Positions 52,519-61,733 of a DNA stretch of 64,000 bases are shown piece by piece. The stretch is from Patescibacteria group bacterium. Lineage in GTDB: Bacteria; Patescibacteriota; Minisyncoccia; Moranbacterales; GWC2-37-73. Where the stretch lies: the NCBI GenBank assembly GCA_022709565.1, contig JAKLIO010000001.1:150906-214905 (forward strand). The letters run 5' to 3'. The notes under the pieces were generated by a model, which saw nothing but the letters and a program-made list of their open reading frames with translations, was not told the origin of the DNA and searched no databases. Made by a program: the position numbers and the translations under genes. Each line of letters starts with the position of its first letter. Position 1 is the first letter of the stretch.

Positions 52519-53967
52519 TTAATTTTCTTGCAAACTATTAACTCGACCCCTTGCCAAAACCAAAGCGTCATGCAAAGATGTTCCGCCTGAATTTACAGTT
52601 TCTATCATTTCGGTAAATATGCCATCTATCTTTTCGGGATTTTTTTGATACCAATTTTTCGCAAATAGATTTCCTGAAGCAAAGACGCCCAATTTCAAAT
52701 CGTTTTTTTGCTCTTTAATAATATCGCGACGAGCGGCTGGCTGCAATGTTTTTTTAATATAATCCGAGGCTGGATCAATATTTACGAGAAAATCCATACT
52801 GCTCTTCGTGTTAAGGGCATTGTATAAAGTAATCTTGCCATTATTTTTTAGAGTCAAAAATCTCAAAAATTCCCAGGCTTCGTGAGCCCGCGCATCATTA
52901 GAAACAGGTTTTGTCTTGGATTGTTCCTGAGAAACCATGCGAGGATTTTTATTCGAAGAAACTGCAAAACCCCAATAGTTTGCAATCGTAACCGGTTTGT
53001 CGGCAGACACCTGAGGAATAGGTGCAATATCATAATTGAGTTTTGGGTTTTTATTTTTTATTACTGAGTTTTGCCATGCATAATTAAAAAGCATGGCCAC
53101 AGATCCGCCAGCAAAAGCATCTACCGAATTTTCTTGCTCTGCATTCCACGTGTATAGCCTATTAGCATTTCCATTAGAATCATTGATTTTTGCAAACTTA
53201 GTATAGAAATCCAGAGCTGCTTCGCCTAGGCGGAGTTTTTCACCTCCGCTTCCAAGAGAATATGCTCCCTCGTCAAAACTGGCGAGTTCGCCTTTTTTCA
53301 TAGGCAACTTAGCTTCATACTGGAGCATCAACAGGCTAATTAGATCAGTTGATCTGTTGACATTTTTGGCTGTTCCAATCGCCGCTCCGGATCTTATTAT
53401 TTTACCTTCTTGATCTATCTTGGTCAGCGCTTCTACGCAATTTTCTAATTCTTGCCAGGTCTTCGGAGGAGACGTTATGCCAACCGCATTAAACATATCT
53501 TTATTGTAATAAAGTTGCATAGAATCCATTGCGAGCGGCACAGCATAGGCCTTATTTTCGCTCACAAAATCAGAATAAACCACGTCCGGAAAATTATCTT
53601 TTATGTCCTGAGGGCTTATGAATGGAGTCGGTGCTGGGTAAAGCTTATTTTCAAAATATGGAAACCAAGTGTTGTTTATTAGAAAAATATCCGGACCATT
53701 GCCAGAAGCTAGGCCATCAATAAGTTCTTCTTTATATGTCTCTAGGCTGAATTTTCTGTATTTTATCTCCCTAACATGGGTATTCATTTTCTTATACTCA
53801 GTTATAATATCGCCATAAACCAAAGAGTCATCAAATGGACCCCAAATTTCAAGGTCGACCAAATAGCTAGGGTTAGAGCTAGATCCGCAACCGGAAAAAA
53901 ACGGGACTGCCACCACAGCCAATACTGCTAGAATTATTCTGAATTTATTTTTTATTATATATTGCAT
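52519..53967 (-). CDS. extracellular solute-binding lipoprotein (ABC-type family-1-like), no cognate permease or ATPase nearby
   Basis: Lipobox FFSGC; size and pattern (NNTWFPYF..., YAVPLAMDSMQLYYNKDMF) typical of sugar-type SBPs. Confidence 0.7.
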   Translation of the reverse strand: MQYIIKNKFRIILAVLAVVAVPFFSGCGSSSNPSYLVDLEIWGPFDDSLVYGDIITEYKKMNTHVREIKYRKFSLETYKEELIDGLASGNGPDIFLINNTWFPYFENKLYPAPTPFISPQDIKDNFPDVVYSDFVSENKAYAVPLAMDSMQLYYNKDMFNAVGITSPPKTWQELENCVEALTKIDQEGKIIRSGAAIGTAKNVNRSTDLISLLMLQYEAKLPMKKGELASFDEGAYSLGSGGEKLRLGEAALDFYTKFAKINDSNGNANRLYTWNAEQENSVDAFAGGSVAMLFNYAWQNSVIKNKNPKLNYDIAPIPQVSADKPVTIANYWGFAVSSNKNPRMVSQEQSKTKPVSNDARAHEAWEFLRFLTLKNNGKITLYNALNTKSSMDFLVNIDPASDYIKKTLQPAARRDIIKEQKNDLKLGVFASGNLFAKNWYQKNPEKIDGIFTEMIETVNSGGTSLHDALVLARGRVNSLQEN

Positions 53968-53984
53968 ATTTTTATTTTTATTTC

Positions 53985-54551
53985 TTACTTTTTTGTTGCC
54001 ACAAAAGCATAATGAAAATCGCCGGCAACAATGTCTTTTTCTATGGAAAAATTTTGATCAGTAAACATTTTTTTCAGCATATCGCTTGATATTCGCAAAT
54101 CATTTTCCGGACCGACTGAAGATTCTTCTTTGTTCCATTCAACAACCAGAACTTTCCCCCCTGATTTAAGAACCCTGTTTGCTTCAGCAATGACAATCTC
54201 TTTTTTTTGATTTTGAAATAAAACATCTTTAAGAATTACCCAGTCGACTAGGGCGGATTCAAGCCTTGAGCCATTTTCTTTTTCAACATTTGCGCGGATC
54301 ATAACTATATTTGATATGGCCGAATTTCGCATTTTACTTTTAACTGATTCCAACGCCTGCGGCAAAACATCTAGCGCATAAACTTTTCCATCTTCACCGA
54401 CAGCCTTAGCAAAAGGCACGGAAAAAAAACCCGGGCCACAACCAAAGTCCGCAACCTTGCTATCTTTTTCAACTCCTAATTGCGCGATAATCGAACCCGG
54501 ATCAATAAATTTTCCGAATTCCTTTTTGTCTTCTTCCATAAAATTTTGCAT
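53985..54551 (-). CDS. class I SAM-dependent methyltransferase
   Basis: VADFGCGPGFFS motif I, YALDV motif II; 188 aa. Confidence 0.65.
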   Translation of the reverse strand: MQNFMEEDKKEFGKFIDPGSIIAQLGVEKDSKVADFGCGPGFFSVPFAKAVGEDGKVYALDVLPQALESVKSKMRNSAISNIVMIRANVEKENGSRLESALVDWVILKDVLFQNQKKEIVIAEANRVLKSGGKVLVVEWNKEESSVGPENDLRISSDMLKKMFTDQNFSIEKDIVAGDFHYAFVATKK

Positions 54552-54695
54552 CTGTTATAATACGTATCTATTTTACAACAAAAATGAAAAATAACAAAAT
54601 GCTTTACCAGCATCCAGAATCATGTAAAATATAGCATGTATGTTGTTGGGCATTTTATACTTGATACATACTTGCTTATACGGGATACTTATTCT

Positions 54696-54782
54696 GGAAA
54701 GTTGCCAGAGTGGTCGAATGGGCCGCACTCGAAATGCGGTGAGGAAGTAATTCCTCCGGAGGTTCGAATCCTCCACTTTCCG
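54696..54782 (+). tRNA. tRNA-Ser (anticodon CGA)
   Basis: Acceptor GGAAAGT/ACTTTCC, anticodon stem-loop CCGCA-CTCGAAA-TGCGG, long variable arm, T arm GGAGG-TTCGAAT-CCTCC, discriminator G, no encoded CCA. Confidence 0.9.
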
Positions 54783-54793
54783 CGAAAATAAAA

Positions 54794-54817
54794 GCTCGGA
54801 ACATTACTGCTCCGAGC
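54794..54817 (-). terminator. terminator of the PhoH-like gene
   Basis: GCTCGGA...TCCGAGC stem followed on the minus strand by TTTTATTTT. Confidence 0.65.
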
Positions 54818-54841
54818 CCAAAACTTTAAGTTTAACGTATT

Positions 54842-56431
54842 TTAACGTTTAGATAAATTTGTAATCTCTTCCACAAAAGGATTTCTAAACACCTCCGTGA
54901 GGGTCATGTGAGCCGCACGTTCGCTGTTTTTCATTCCTTCGATGATCCACACCATTCCGCTAGCCGTGGGCTGTAAAGCTTGACGATGAATTTGATTTAA
55001 ATCACCTGTCAAAAAAATCTTTCCATTTTTACCGATACGCGTTAACAACTCTTCTGTTTCTGGTTTTGTAAAATCTTGACTTTCATCATCAACCATTACG
55101 GTATTGTGATAAGTCCTCCCTTTGACAAAATTAATAGACTCCAGCTTAATCCTTCCGCTACCCAAATACCCATCTACTACGTCTCCGCCTCCGTTTTTCA
55201 TAAACAGATCATGTTCCATGGTCCCATTTGGTGGACGTATTTCGTTGGGTTTGCCATTATTCGCAGCATCACGAAACGCCTCAATTACCGGTAAAACATA
55301 AGGAGCTATTTTTTCTCCATAACTCCCAGGAAGAAAGCCTAGTTTAGTACCACTTTCGACTATTGGTCTGAAAATTACAACATTTTTGTTGCTATTTCCT
55401 CCCAAAATATCGAGGCTTATCTTAGCAATAGAGATAGTTTTTCCAGTACCAGCACTTCCAGCCACAGTGATCAGCGTTATCGATTTATCCCATGCCAATG
55501 CTTCAATAAAACATTGGTCCATGTTTTTGGGGCCAATCTTTAACCCATCTTCACCGGAATTTGGATTAGGACGCTGATCAATGACTCGAAAAATGTTTTT
55601 GCTTTTTTTATAAATCACATATCTAACATCATCCTCAAAATTCAAGATGCAACACTGATTAGGATAAAGCTGGTCAAGATTGACATATCTGGCTATTTTT
55701 TGTCCCCGTATCACTTTTATCTTATTCCCGCTACTGTTGTCGTCTTCAGCAATCATTTCAATCATGCCTTCAATGCTGGCTTTGATTTTCAAATCAGCTT
55801 TTCCGGTGTATAAATCTCTGATGTTAGAAATGAAATTGCCGCTTTTGTATTCCTGGGTTTCGAGCCCTTCATTTTGACCCATAATTACAAACACTGGATC
55901 TGATGAAACAATTATAACCCTTTTTCTGACTGCTTCAATTTCCGCTGCCGTCAAATCTGCTTGCTTTTTCTCTCTTTTAGCTTTGCATATCTGATTGATG
56001 ATGTTCCAGCCAATCAAAAAAATTCTGTTCTCTTGGCTTCTTTCTAGTCCAGGAGAAAGATCTTCAAAGTTATTGCCATTAGTATCCAACATCGCTGTTG
56101 AACCACTTCTTGTTTTAAACACCCCCTTACCTTTGTTGTAGTCCTTGTATTCACGAAAGTTTTGGATAAATTTCCATGATCCAAAATCTATATCATCAGC
56201 ATTAGCTCTCCTTCTTACATCCTGAAGTTCAGCGATAGGTATTACTATAAGGTTTTTTTCAAAGGCCTCCAGACATGATGGATCGCACCACATCACAGTT
56301 CTATGCAAAATGAATATCTTATGCGCTTTCAGCATAATTATTGTTTTCTCAGTTTGAGCTTTCTCTTCCGCTTCCTGCCTTGCTAACCCAGCGCCACCAT
56401 CACTTTTAGAACTAGAGTCTTTCTGATGCAT
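54842..56431 (-). CDS. PhoH-family ATPase with N-terminal degenerate PIN-like domain (YlaK/PhoH2 architecture)
   Basis: Walker A GSAGTGKT, DESQDF, LTGDLNQI. The N-terminal FILHRTVMWCDP sits where YlaK-type PIN domains have (V/I)LDTNVL. Start set at the ATG at 56431, which has a GGAGG 6 nt upstream. Confidence 0.75.
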   Translation of the reverse strand: MHQKDSSSKSDGGAGLARQEAEEKAQTEKTIIMLKAHKIFILHRTVMWCDPSCLEAFEKNLIVIPIAELQDVRRRANADDIDFGSWKFIQNFREYKDYNKGKGVFKTRSGSTAMLDTNGNNFEDLSPGLERSQENRIFLIGWNIINQICKAKREKKQADLTAAEIEAVRKRVIIVSSDPVFVIMGQNEGLETQEYKSGNFISNIRDLYTGKADLKIKASIEGMIEMIAEDDNSSGNKIKVIRGQKIARYVNLDQLYPNQCCILNFEDDVRYVIYKKSKNIFRVIDQRPNPNSGEDGLKIGPKNMDQCFIEALAWDKSITLITVAGSAGTGKTISIAKISLDILGGNSNKNVVIFRPIVESGTKLGFLPGSYGEKIAPYVLPVIEAFRDAANNGKPNEIRPPNGTMEHDLFMKNGGGDVVDGYLGSGRIKLESINFVKGRTYHNTVMVDDESQDFTKPETEELLTRIGKNGKIFLTGDLNQIHRQALQPTASGMVWIIEGMKNSERAAHMTLTEVFRNPFVEEITNLSKR

Positions 56432-56736
56432 ATACAACCTCCGTTTATGGATTTGGATTCTTTTGTTAAGGGACAAGAAATGTGAGTTTTCACCTCCTCC
56501 TTCTTCTTTTTTATTTTATATTTTTTTATTTGTATAATCTTTAATCTATTGTCAATCTACCATTCAAAAAATAATAATGCAACTTTACATATTCATTTTT
56601 AATGTTTTACTTTCGCTACCAACTCAAAACCAGCTTTATAATTAAAGTTTTACATTTATCTAACGGCGGTGTGGGGTTTACATGCGGCAAAAATAGTGTT
56701 ACCATGCGGCATAGATATTATTATTAACATTAACTT

Positions 56737-57240
56737 ATGTTGATACCTAATAACATTTTGCAAATTATTGTTTTTTCCGGAGCTTTTTTGGCTCTAATCA
56801 GCTTTATTTTGGTAATTTTTGCCTTGGTGCGCCAAAGAAAAATTAGAAAGAATTTAGAAACACTTTTTTCCGGCAAGCAAGCGCAAGACCTTGAAGCCAT
56901 TCTTTTGGCTCAAACAAAGGAAATTTGCCAATTAGACAAGGAGATTCAGGAATTGTTTGAAATTTCCAATAAAATTCATGATTTGGCTCAAAAGAGCATT
57001 CACAAGGTTGGGATTATCCGTTTTAATCCTTTCAAAGACATCGGCGGAGACCAAAGTTTTGCTTTAGCCCTTTTGGACGGTAAAAATTCGGGTATTGTTA
57101 TTTCATCACTGCATACTCGAGAAGGAACCAGAATTTATTCAAAACCGGTAATCAAAGGCGAATCGGAAAAATACACGCTAACCGAGGAAGAAAAACAGGC
57201 TATCAAAGCAGCCGTGGCAACAAAACCCACCAAAGTATAG
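56737..57240 (+). CDS. DUF4446-family protein
   Basis: N-terminal TM helix, coiled coil, then GIIRFNPFKDIGGDQSFALALLD...SLHTREGTRIYSKPV (from memory of the family). Confidence 0.6.
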   Translation: MLIPNNILQIIVFSGAFLALISFILVIFALVRQRKIRKNLETLFSGKQAQDLEAILLAQTKEICQLDKEIQELFEISNKIHDLAQKSIHKVGIIRFNPFKDIGGDQSFALALLDGKNSGIVISSLHTREGTRIYSKPVIKGESEKYTLTEEEKQAIKAAVATKPTKV

Positions 57241-57343
57241 CTCAAATAAGGCCTTTTTTGCTTATTTCAAAAATCGTCGGAAATCTGTTTCCCGCGATTA
57301 AGTTGTCTATATAAATAATCTATAAATGTTTTTATTATAAATC

Positions 57344-59134
57344 ATGGCTCAAATTCAACCAGAAGAGAAAAAAATCGTCAAAGTTCCGGCCAGCATCACC
57401 GTAAAAAAATTCAGTGAAGTTTTAGGTTTGCCTGTTTCGGTGATAATCACCGAACTTATGAAAAATAAAATTTTAGCCACTATAAATGAAGAAATCGATT
57501 TTGATACCGCCACTATCATTGCCCAAGATTTGGGCTTTGAAACTGAAGTTGATCTCGAAATTTCCGATTCAGCCACAATAACTGTTGAAAAATTGATTGA
57601 AATTTGTAAAAAGGAGAAAGAATCGGGAAAAAATCTCCGTCCGCGTCCACCGGTAGTCACGATTCTTGGCCACGTTGATCATGGAAAAACAACTCTTTTG
57701 GACACGATACGCAAAACTAGTGTCGCTGCCAAGGAAGCTGGCGGAATAACCCAGGCCATTAGCGCCTATCAGGCCAAAAAGAAAGGCAAACTCATAACTT
57801 TTATCGATACTCCCGGACATGAAGCTTTTTCCGGTATGCGCGAGCGCGGTGTCAGCATCGCTGACATTGCGGTTTTGGTTGTGGCTGCCGATGATGGAGT
57901 TAGACCGCAAACTAAAGAAGTTATTGAATATTTAAAAGACAAAAAAATTCCGACCGTGGTCGCGATCAATAAAATTGACAAACCGGAAGCCAATCCGCAA
58001 AGAGTCAAACAAGAATTGGCAGACAATGGAATTGTTATTGAACAATGGGGCGGCAATGTGATTAGCGTCAATGTCAGCGCCAAACAAAATATTGGCATTG
58101 ATGAACTTTTAGAAAGCGTTCTGCTTGTATCTGAAGTTGAAGATTTTAAGGCTGATGACAAGAGAGATGGACTGGCGATTGTCTTGGAATCGAATTTGGA
58201 TCCGCAAAAAGGACCGGTTGCAACTATTTTGATAAAAACCGGCACATTGAAAGTCGGCCAGGATGTTACTGTTGGCACAACTTATGGCCGCATCCGCAAA
58301 ATAGAAGATTTTACCGGTAAAAGTCTCCTCAGCGCCGGACCATCAACACCCGTAATGCTCATGGGACTAAATAGCACACCGAACACTAATGACATTTTGC
58401 AAGTTGTTGACGGAAAATCAATTGCCAGGCTTAAATCAAAAGAATTTTCCGCCGGCCTGCTTGATCAGAAAGATCGCAGCACCTCCCAAAAAATTTCCCA
58501 AGGAATCGAAGAAGGCGGAGCTCAAAAATTAAACCTGATTCTCAAGGCTGATGTCCAGGGATCATTGGAAGCTATTGAACAAATTCTGGGCGCCATCAAA
58601 ACCGATGAAGTTATTATAAATTTCGTGGAAACTGGGGTTGGCAATGTGACTGAATCTGACATTAAAATAGGCGCGCCAGCCAAAGCTTTAATCTTAGGTT
58701 TCAATGTGGAAACAACTCCGGTTGCCAAACGCTTGGCTGAAACCAACAATTTAACTATCAAAAATTTCAAAATAATTTACGAACTAGTTGAGGAGGTCAA
58801 AAAAACTATTATCGATATGTTGCCGCCGGAAATTGTCCGCACTGATCACGGCATGGTAAATGTTTTAGCGATTTTCAAAACAGGCAAACACGACATGATT
58901 GTCGGCGGCCGGGTTACGGAAGGAAAAATAATCAAAGGCGCTCTGGTAGAAATCAAACGTAGTGGAGAAATTGTCGGTAAAGGAAAAATAGAAGGACTGC
59001 AACAAAACAAGAATGTGACCGCTGAAGTCGGACAAGGCAATGAATGCGGAATTGTTTTCGAAGGCAACACCCGCATCAAAGAAGGCGACACTTTGATTGC
59101 CTATACTGAAGAAGAAAAGAAGAGAACACTTTAA
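57344..59134 (+). CDS. infB: translation initiation factor IF-2
   Basis: GHVDHGKTTLLD, DTPGHEAF and NKID G-domain motifs; short N-terminal region; 596 aa. Confidence 0.95.
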   Translation: MAQIQPEEKKIVKVPASITVKKFSEVLGLPVSVIITELMKNKILATINEEIDFDTATIIAQDLGFETEVDLEISDSATITVEKLIEICKKEKESGKNLRPRPPVVTILGHVDHGKTTLLDTIRKTSVAAKEAGGITQAISAYQAKKKGKLITFIDTPGHEAFSGMRERGVSIADIAVLVVAADDGVRPQTKEVIEYLKDKKIPTVVAINKIDKPEANPQRVKQELADNGIVIEQWGGNVISVNVSAKQNIGIDELLESVLLVSEVEDFKADDKRDGLAIVLESNLDPQKGPVATILIKTGTLKVGQDVTVGTTYGRIRKIEDFTGKSLLSAGPSTPVMLMGLNSTPNTNDILQVVDGKSIARLKSKEFSAGLLDQKDRSTSQKISQGIEEGGAQKLNLILKADVQGSLEAIEQILGAIKTDEVIINFVETGVGNVTESDIKIGAPAKALILGFNVETTPVAKRLAETNNLTIKNFKIIYELVEEVKKTIIDMLPPEIVRTDHGMVNVLAIFKTGKHDMIVGGRVTEGKIIKGALVEIKRSGEIVGKGKIEGLQQNKNVTAEVGQGNECGIVFEGNTRIKEGDTLIAYTEEEKKRTL

Positions 59135-59250
59135 AATTTCAAATGGCAAATGACAAATTTCAAATAAACTCCTAAATCCAAATGACAAAAATTTGAGTTT
59201 TGGATTTTGACATTGATTTGTCATTGGAAATTTGGATTTTGTCATTTATA
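59135..59250. repeat. AT-rich CAAATGAC/GTCATTTG word-repeat element, copy 2
   Basis: See 1125-1252. Lies between infB and rbfA. Confidence 0.7.
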
Positions 59251-59254
59251 AGAT

Positions 59255-59584
59255 ATGTCTGAGCGTATTGCAAAAATAAATAAACTGATAAAACGCGACT
59301 TGGCGGAAATCTTGGTTCGTGAACTCAACTTAAAACCTGGGATTTTTTTGACTGTGGCCAAGGTTGACACAAGCAGAGATCTCCGCTATGCTAAGGTGTT
59401 CATAAGTGTTTTTCCCTACAAAGAATCGAACTACGCGCTGAAAACACTCTCTAAAGAAATGTATTCTATTCAGGGAGAATTGAACAAAAAACTTAAAATG
59501 AAACCTCTGCCCCGCATTCAGTTCGAGCTGGACTCGACTGAAGAAGAAGCCGACAAGATTGAAAAAATTTTGCTGAAGTTATAG
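59255..59584 (+). CDS. rbfA: ribosome-binding factor A
   Basis: RIAKINKLIKRDLAEIL...KPLPRIQFELD; 109 aa, directly after infB. Confidence 0.9.
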   Translation: MSERIAKINKLIKRDLAEILVRELNLKPGIFLTVAKVDTSRDLRYAKVFISVFPYKESNYALKTLSKEMYSIQGELNKKLKMKPLPRIQFELDSTEEEADKIEKILLKL

Positions 59585-59653
59585 ATCAAAAACAAAAAGT
59601 TTTTTAAAATAAAAATTCCTAAATAATATTAGGATTTTTTATTTCTCTTGATG

Positions 59654-59806
59654 CTAAAACCTGCATATTTATTTTTCGCGAAGCTCTACGCAGGCGCTTT
59701 AAAAATATTATTTTAAAGAAATATATTATTGGTCTGCTGAGATAAAAAACAATGTTATAACGTGCGCGCCGAGCAGCGTAGCAAAAAATAAATATGCAGG
59801 TTTTAG
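59654..59806. repeat. long palindromic element with GC-rich islands
   Basis: 23-nt arms CTAAAACCTGCATATTTATTTTT / AAAAATAAATATGCAGGTTTTAG enclose CGCGAAGCTCTACGCAGGCGC ... GTGCGCGCCGAGCAGCGTAGC. Confidence 0.7.
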
Positions 59807-59824
59807 AAAAATATAATTAATTCA

Positions 59825-60784
59825 ATGAAAAACTTTTCCACAGAATTTAATACTCTTTCCTACATAATTGACAAAGCTAACAAAGTTTTGCTTTTTGCGC
59901 ATTCCGATCCGGATGGCGACACAGTCGGATCAGTTTTGGCGTTCAAGGAATATCTAAACTCTCTGGGAAAAACCGCCGACATTGCTTGTCTTTCTCCGTT
60001 TCCCTCTTTTCTAGAATCACTAACGGAAGAAAAATTTAAATATCCCGAAAATTTGGATCTCGAGTCTTATGATGCTGCTATCGGCTGCGACAGTGTAGAT
60101 CGCGGATTTCAGACAGTTGTTCCAAATCTTTCCGAGAAAGCTGTGACTGTTATCTTTGATCATCATCCAGACATAAAACTTAAAGCGGATGTTGTTATGA
60201 TTGATGCTAAACTCTCTTCCACTTGCGAACTCGTCTATGAATATCTAATTTCGCAAAACGCGCACATTTCCAAAAATATCGCGACCTATCTGATGATCGG
60301 CATTATGTCAGACACCGGTAATTTTCAACATTCCAACACCACCAGCCATGTTATGGAAATTTCTGCCGACCTTTTGAAAAAGGGTGCTTCGGTTCTGAAA
60401 ATTGTCAAAGCTTCTTTTGCCAACAAAAAAATGTCCACTTTGAAACTTTGGGGACGCGCTTTTGAAAGAGCCAGAATCAATCCTAAAAATGGACTCATCT
60501 CTACCATGCTGACTAAAAAAGATCTCGACGAATGCGACGCCACTACTGACGACATCAGCCAAGTAGCGTCAATTCTTAATACCGTTCCGGGCACAAAGTT
60601 TTCGCTGGTTCTTTCCGAACGCGAAGACGGAAAAATCAAAGGCAGTCTTCGAAGCGAAGAATACAAAGGTACGGACGTTTCCAAAATCGCCCACCAATTC
60701 GGCGGCGGTGGACACAGGCTGGCCAGTGGCTTTGAGATTAAAGGTGAAATTGTTGAAACCAAGAATGGATGGGAAATAGTCTAG
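59825..60784 (+). CDS. nrnA: DHH/DHHA1 phosphoesterase, NrnA-like (canonical motifs)
   Basis: AHSDPDGDTVGS, FDHHPD and GGGGH motifs are all intact. Confidence 0.8.
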   Translation: MKNFSTEFNTLSYIIDKANKVLLFAHSDPDGDTVGSVLAFKEYLNSLGKTADIACLSPFPSFLESLTEEKFKYPENLDLESYDAAIGCDSVDRGFQTVVPNLSEKAVTVIFDHHPDIKLKADVVMIDAKLSSTCELVYEYLISQNAHISKNIATYLMIGIMSDTGNFQHSNTTSHVMEISADLLKKGASVLKIVKASFANKKMSTLKLWGRAFERARINPKNGLISTMLTKKDLDECDATTDDISQVASILNTVPGTKFSLVLSEREDGKIKGSLRSEEYKGTDVSKIAHQFGGGGHRLASGFEIKGEIVETKNGWEIV

Positions 60785-60787
60785 GCT

Positions 60788-60854
60788 GTATTTTGTATTT
60801 AGTATATGGTATTTTGTATTTATACAAGATACTAAATACTTGATACTAAATACT
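60788..60854. repeat. inverted array of ATAC/GTAT heptamer repeats
   Basis: GTATTTT GTATTTA GTATATG GTATTTT GTATTTA | TACAAGA TACTAAA TACTTGA TACTAAA TAC. Lies between nrnA and nfo. Confidence 0.75.
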
Positions 60855-61676
60855 ATGCACATTGGTTGCCATGTTTCTATCGCTGGCGGAGTCCAAAACG
60901 CGCCTGAACGCGCGCATGATCTTGGCTGTGAATGTTTCCAAATGTTCACCCGTTCGCCCCAAGGCGGCAAAGCCCCAGAATTAACCCCAGAAATTATAAA
61001 TGATTTTAAAATACTAAATACTAAACACCAGATACAAAATACCTACATTCATACTCCTTACTATATAAATTTTGCTTCACAAAATAACCGCGTTCGCTAC
61101 GGCAGCGTCAGCGTCGTGCGTGATGAGTTAGAACGCGCAACACTACTTGGCGCCAAATATGTCATGACACATCTAGGCAGCGCTGGTGATCTTTCAGAAA
61201 AAGAAGCGAGCGAAAAAACAATTGAGATGCTCAAAAAAACTTTGGACGGTTATGCTGGCAGCGCGCAACTCTTGATTGAAAACAGTGCTGGTGCCGGAAA
61301 AATAATCGGCGATGATCTTTCGGAAATTGCAGAAATTATAAATAAAGTAAATCATCCTGCTTTAGTAGGTATTTGCTTGGACACGCAACATTCTTTCGCT
61401 TCCGGTTACGCTTGGCGCGACTTTGAAAATACAATCAAAAAAATCGACGCTGAAATTGGTTTGGAAAAAATCAAACTTATTCATGCCAATGACAGTCTGA
61501 CAGAATTTAATTCCAAAAAAGATCGCCACGCCCACATCGGGCAAGGACAAATCGGCCCCGAAGCTTTTCAAAACATCGTAAAATTTGCCAAAGAAAAAAA
61601 TATCGATATGATTCTTGAAACTGAACATGAAAAAGTCAAAGAAGACATTGAACTTCTAAAAAAACTCCGAGACTAA
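60855..61676 (+). CDS. nfo: deoxyribonuclease IV (endonuclease IV)
   Basis: MHIGCHVSIAGG start (ATG at 60855 preferred), HTPYYINFAS, ENSAGAG, CLDTQH, HANDS. Contains the in-frame repeat-encoded KILNTKHQIQNTY. Confidence 0.9.
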   Translation: MHIGCHVSIAGGVQNAPERAHDLGCECFQMFTRSPQGGKAPELTPEIINDFKILNTKHQIQNTYIHTPYYINFASQNNRVRYGSVSVVRDELERATLLGAKYVMTHLGSAGDLSEKEASEKTIEMLKKTLDGYAGSAQLLIENSAGAGKIIGDDLSEIAEIINKVNHPALVGICLDTQHSFASGYAWRDFENTIKKIDAEIGLEKIKLIHANDSLTEFNSKKDRHAHIGQGQIGPEAFQNIVKFAKEKNIDMILETEHEKVKEDIELLKKLRD

Positions 61677-61696
61677 AATAAAAACTTTTACATAAG

Positions 61697-61730
61697 AAAA
61701 AGGCGGTAGTCATGATAGACTCCGCCTTGT
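61697..61730. terminator. convergent terminator
   Basis: AAAAAGGCGGtagtcatgatagacTCCGCCTT; T-tract on the minus strand. Confidence 0.65.
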
Positions 61731-61733
61731 TGC

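Noticed and set aside
54573-54776. 67-aa minus-strand ORF.
   Set aside because: It overlaps the well-formed tRNA-Ser(CGA) on the other strand, so it is spurious.
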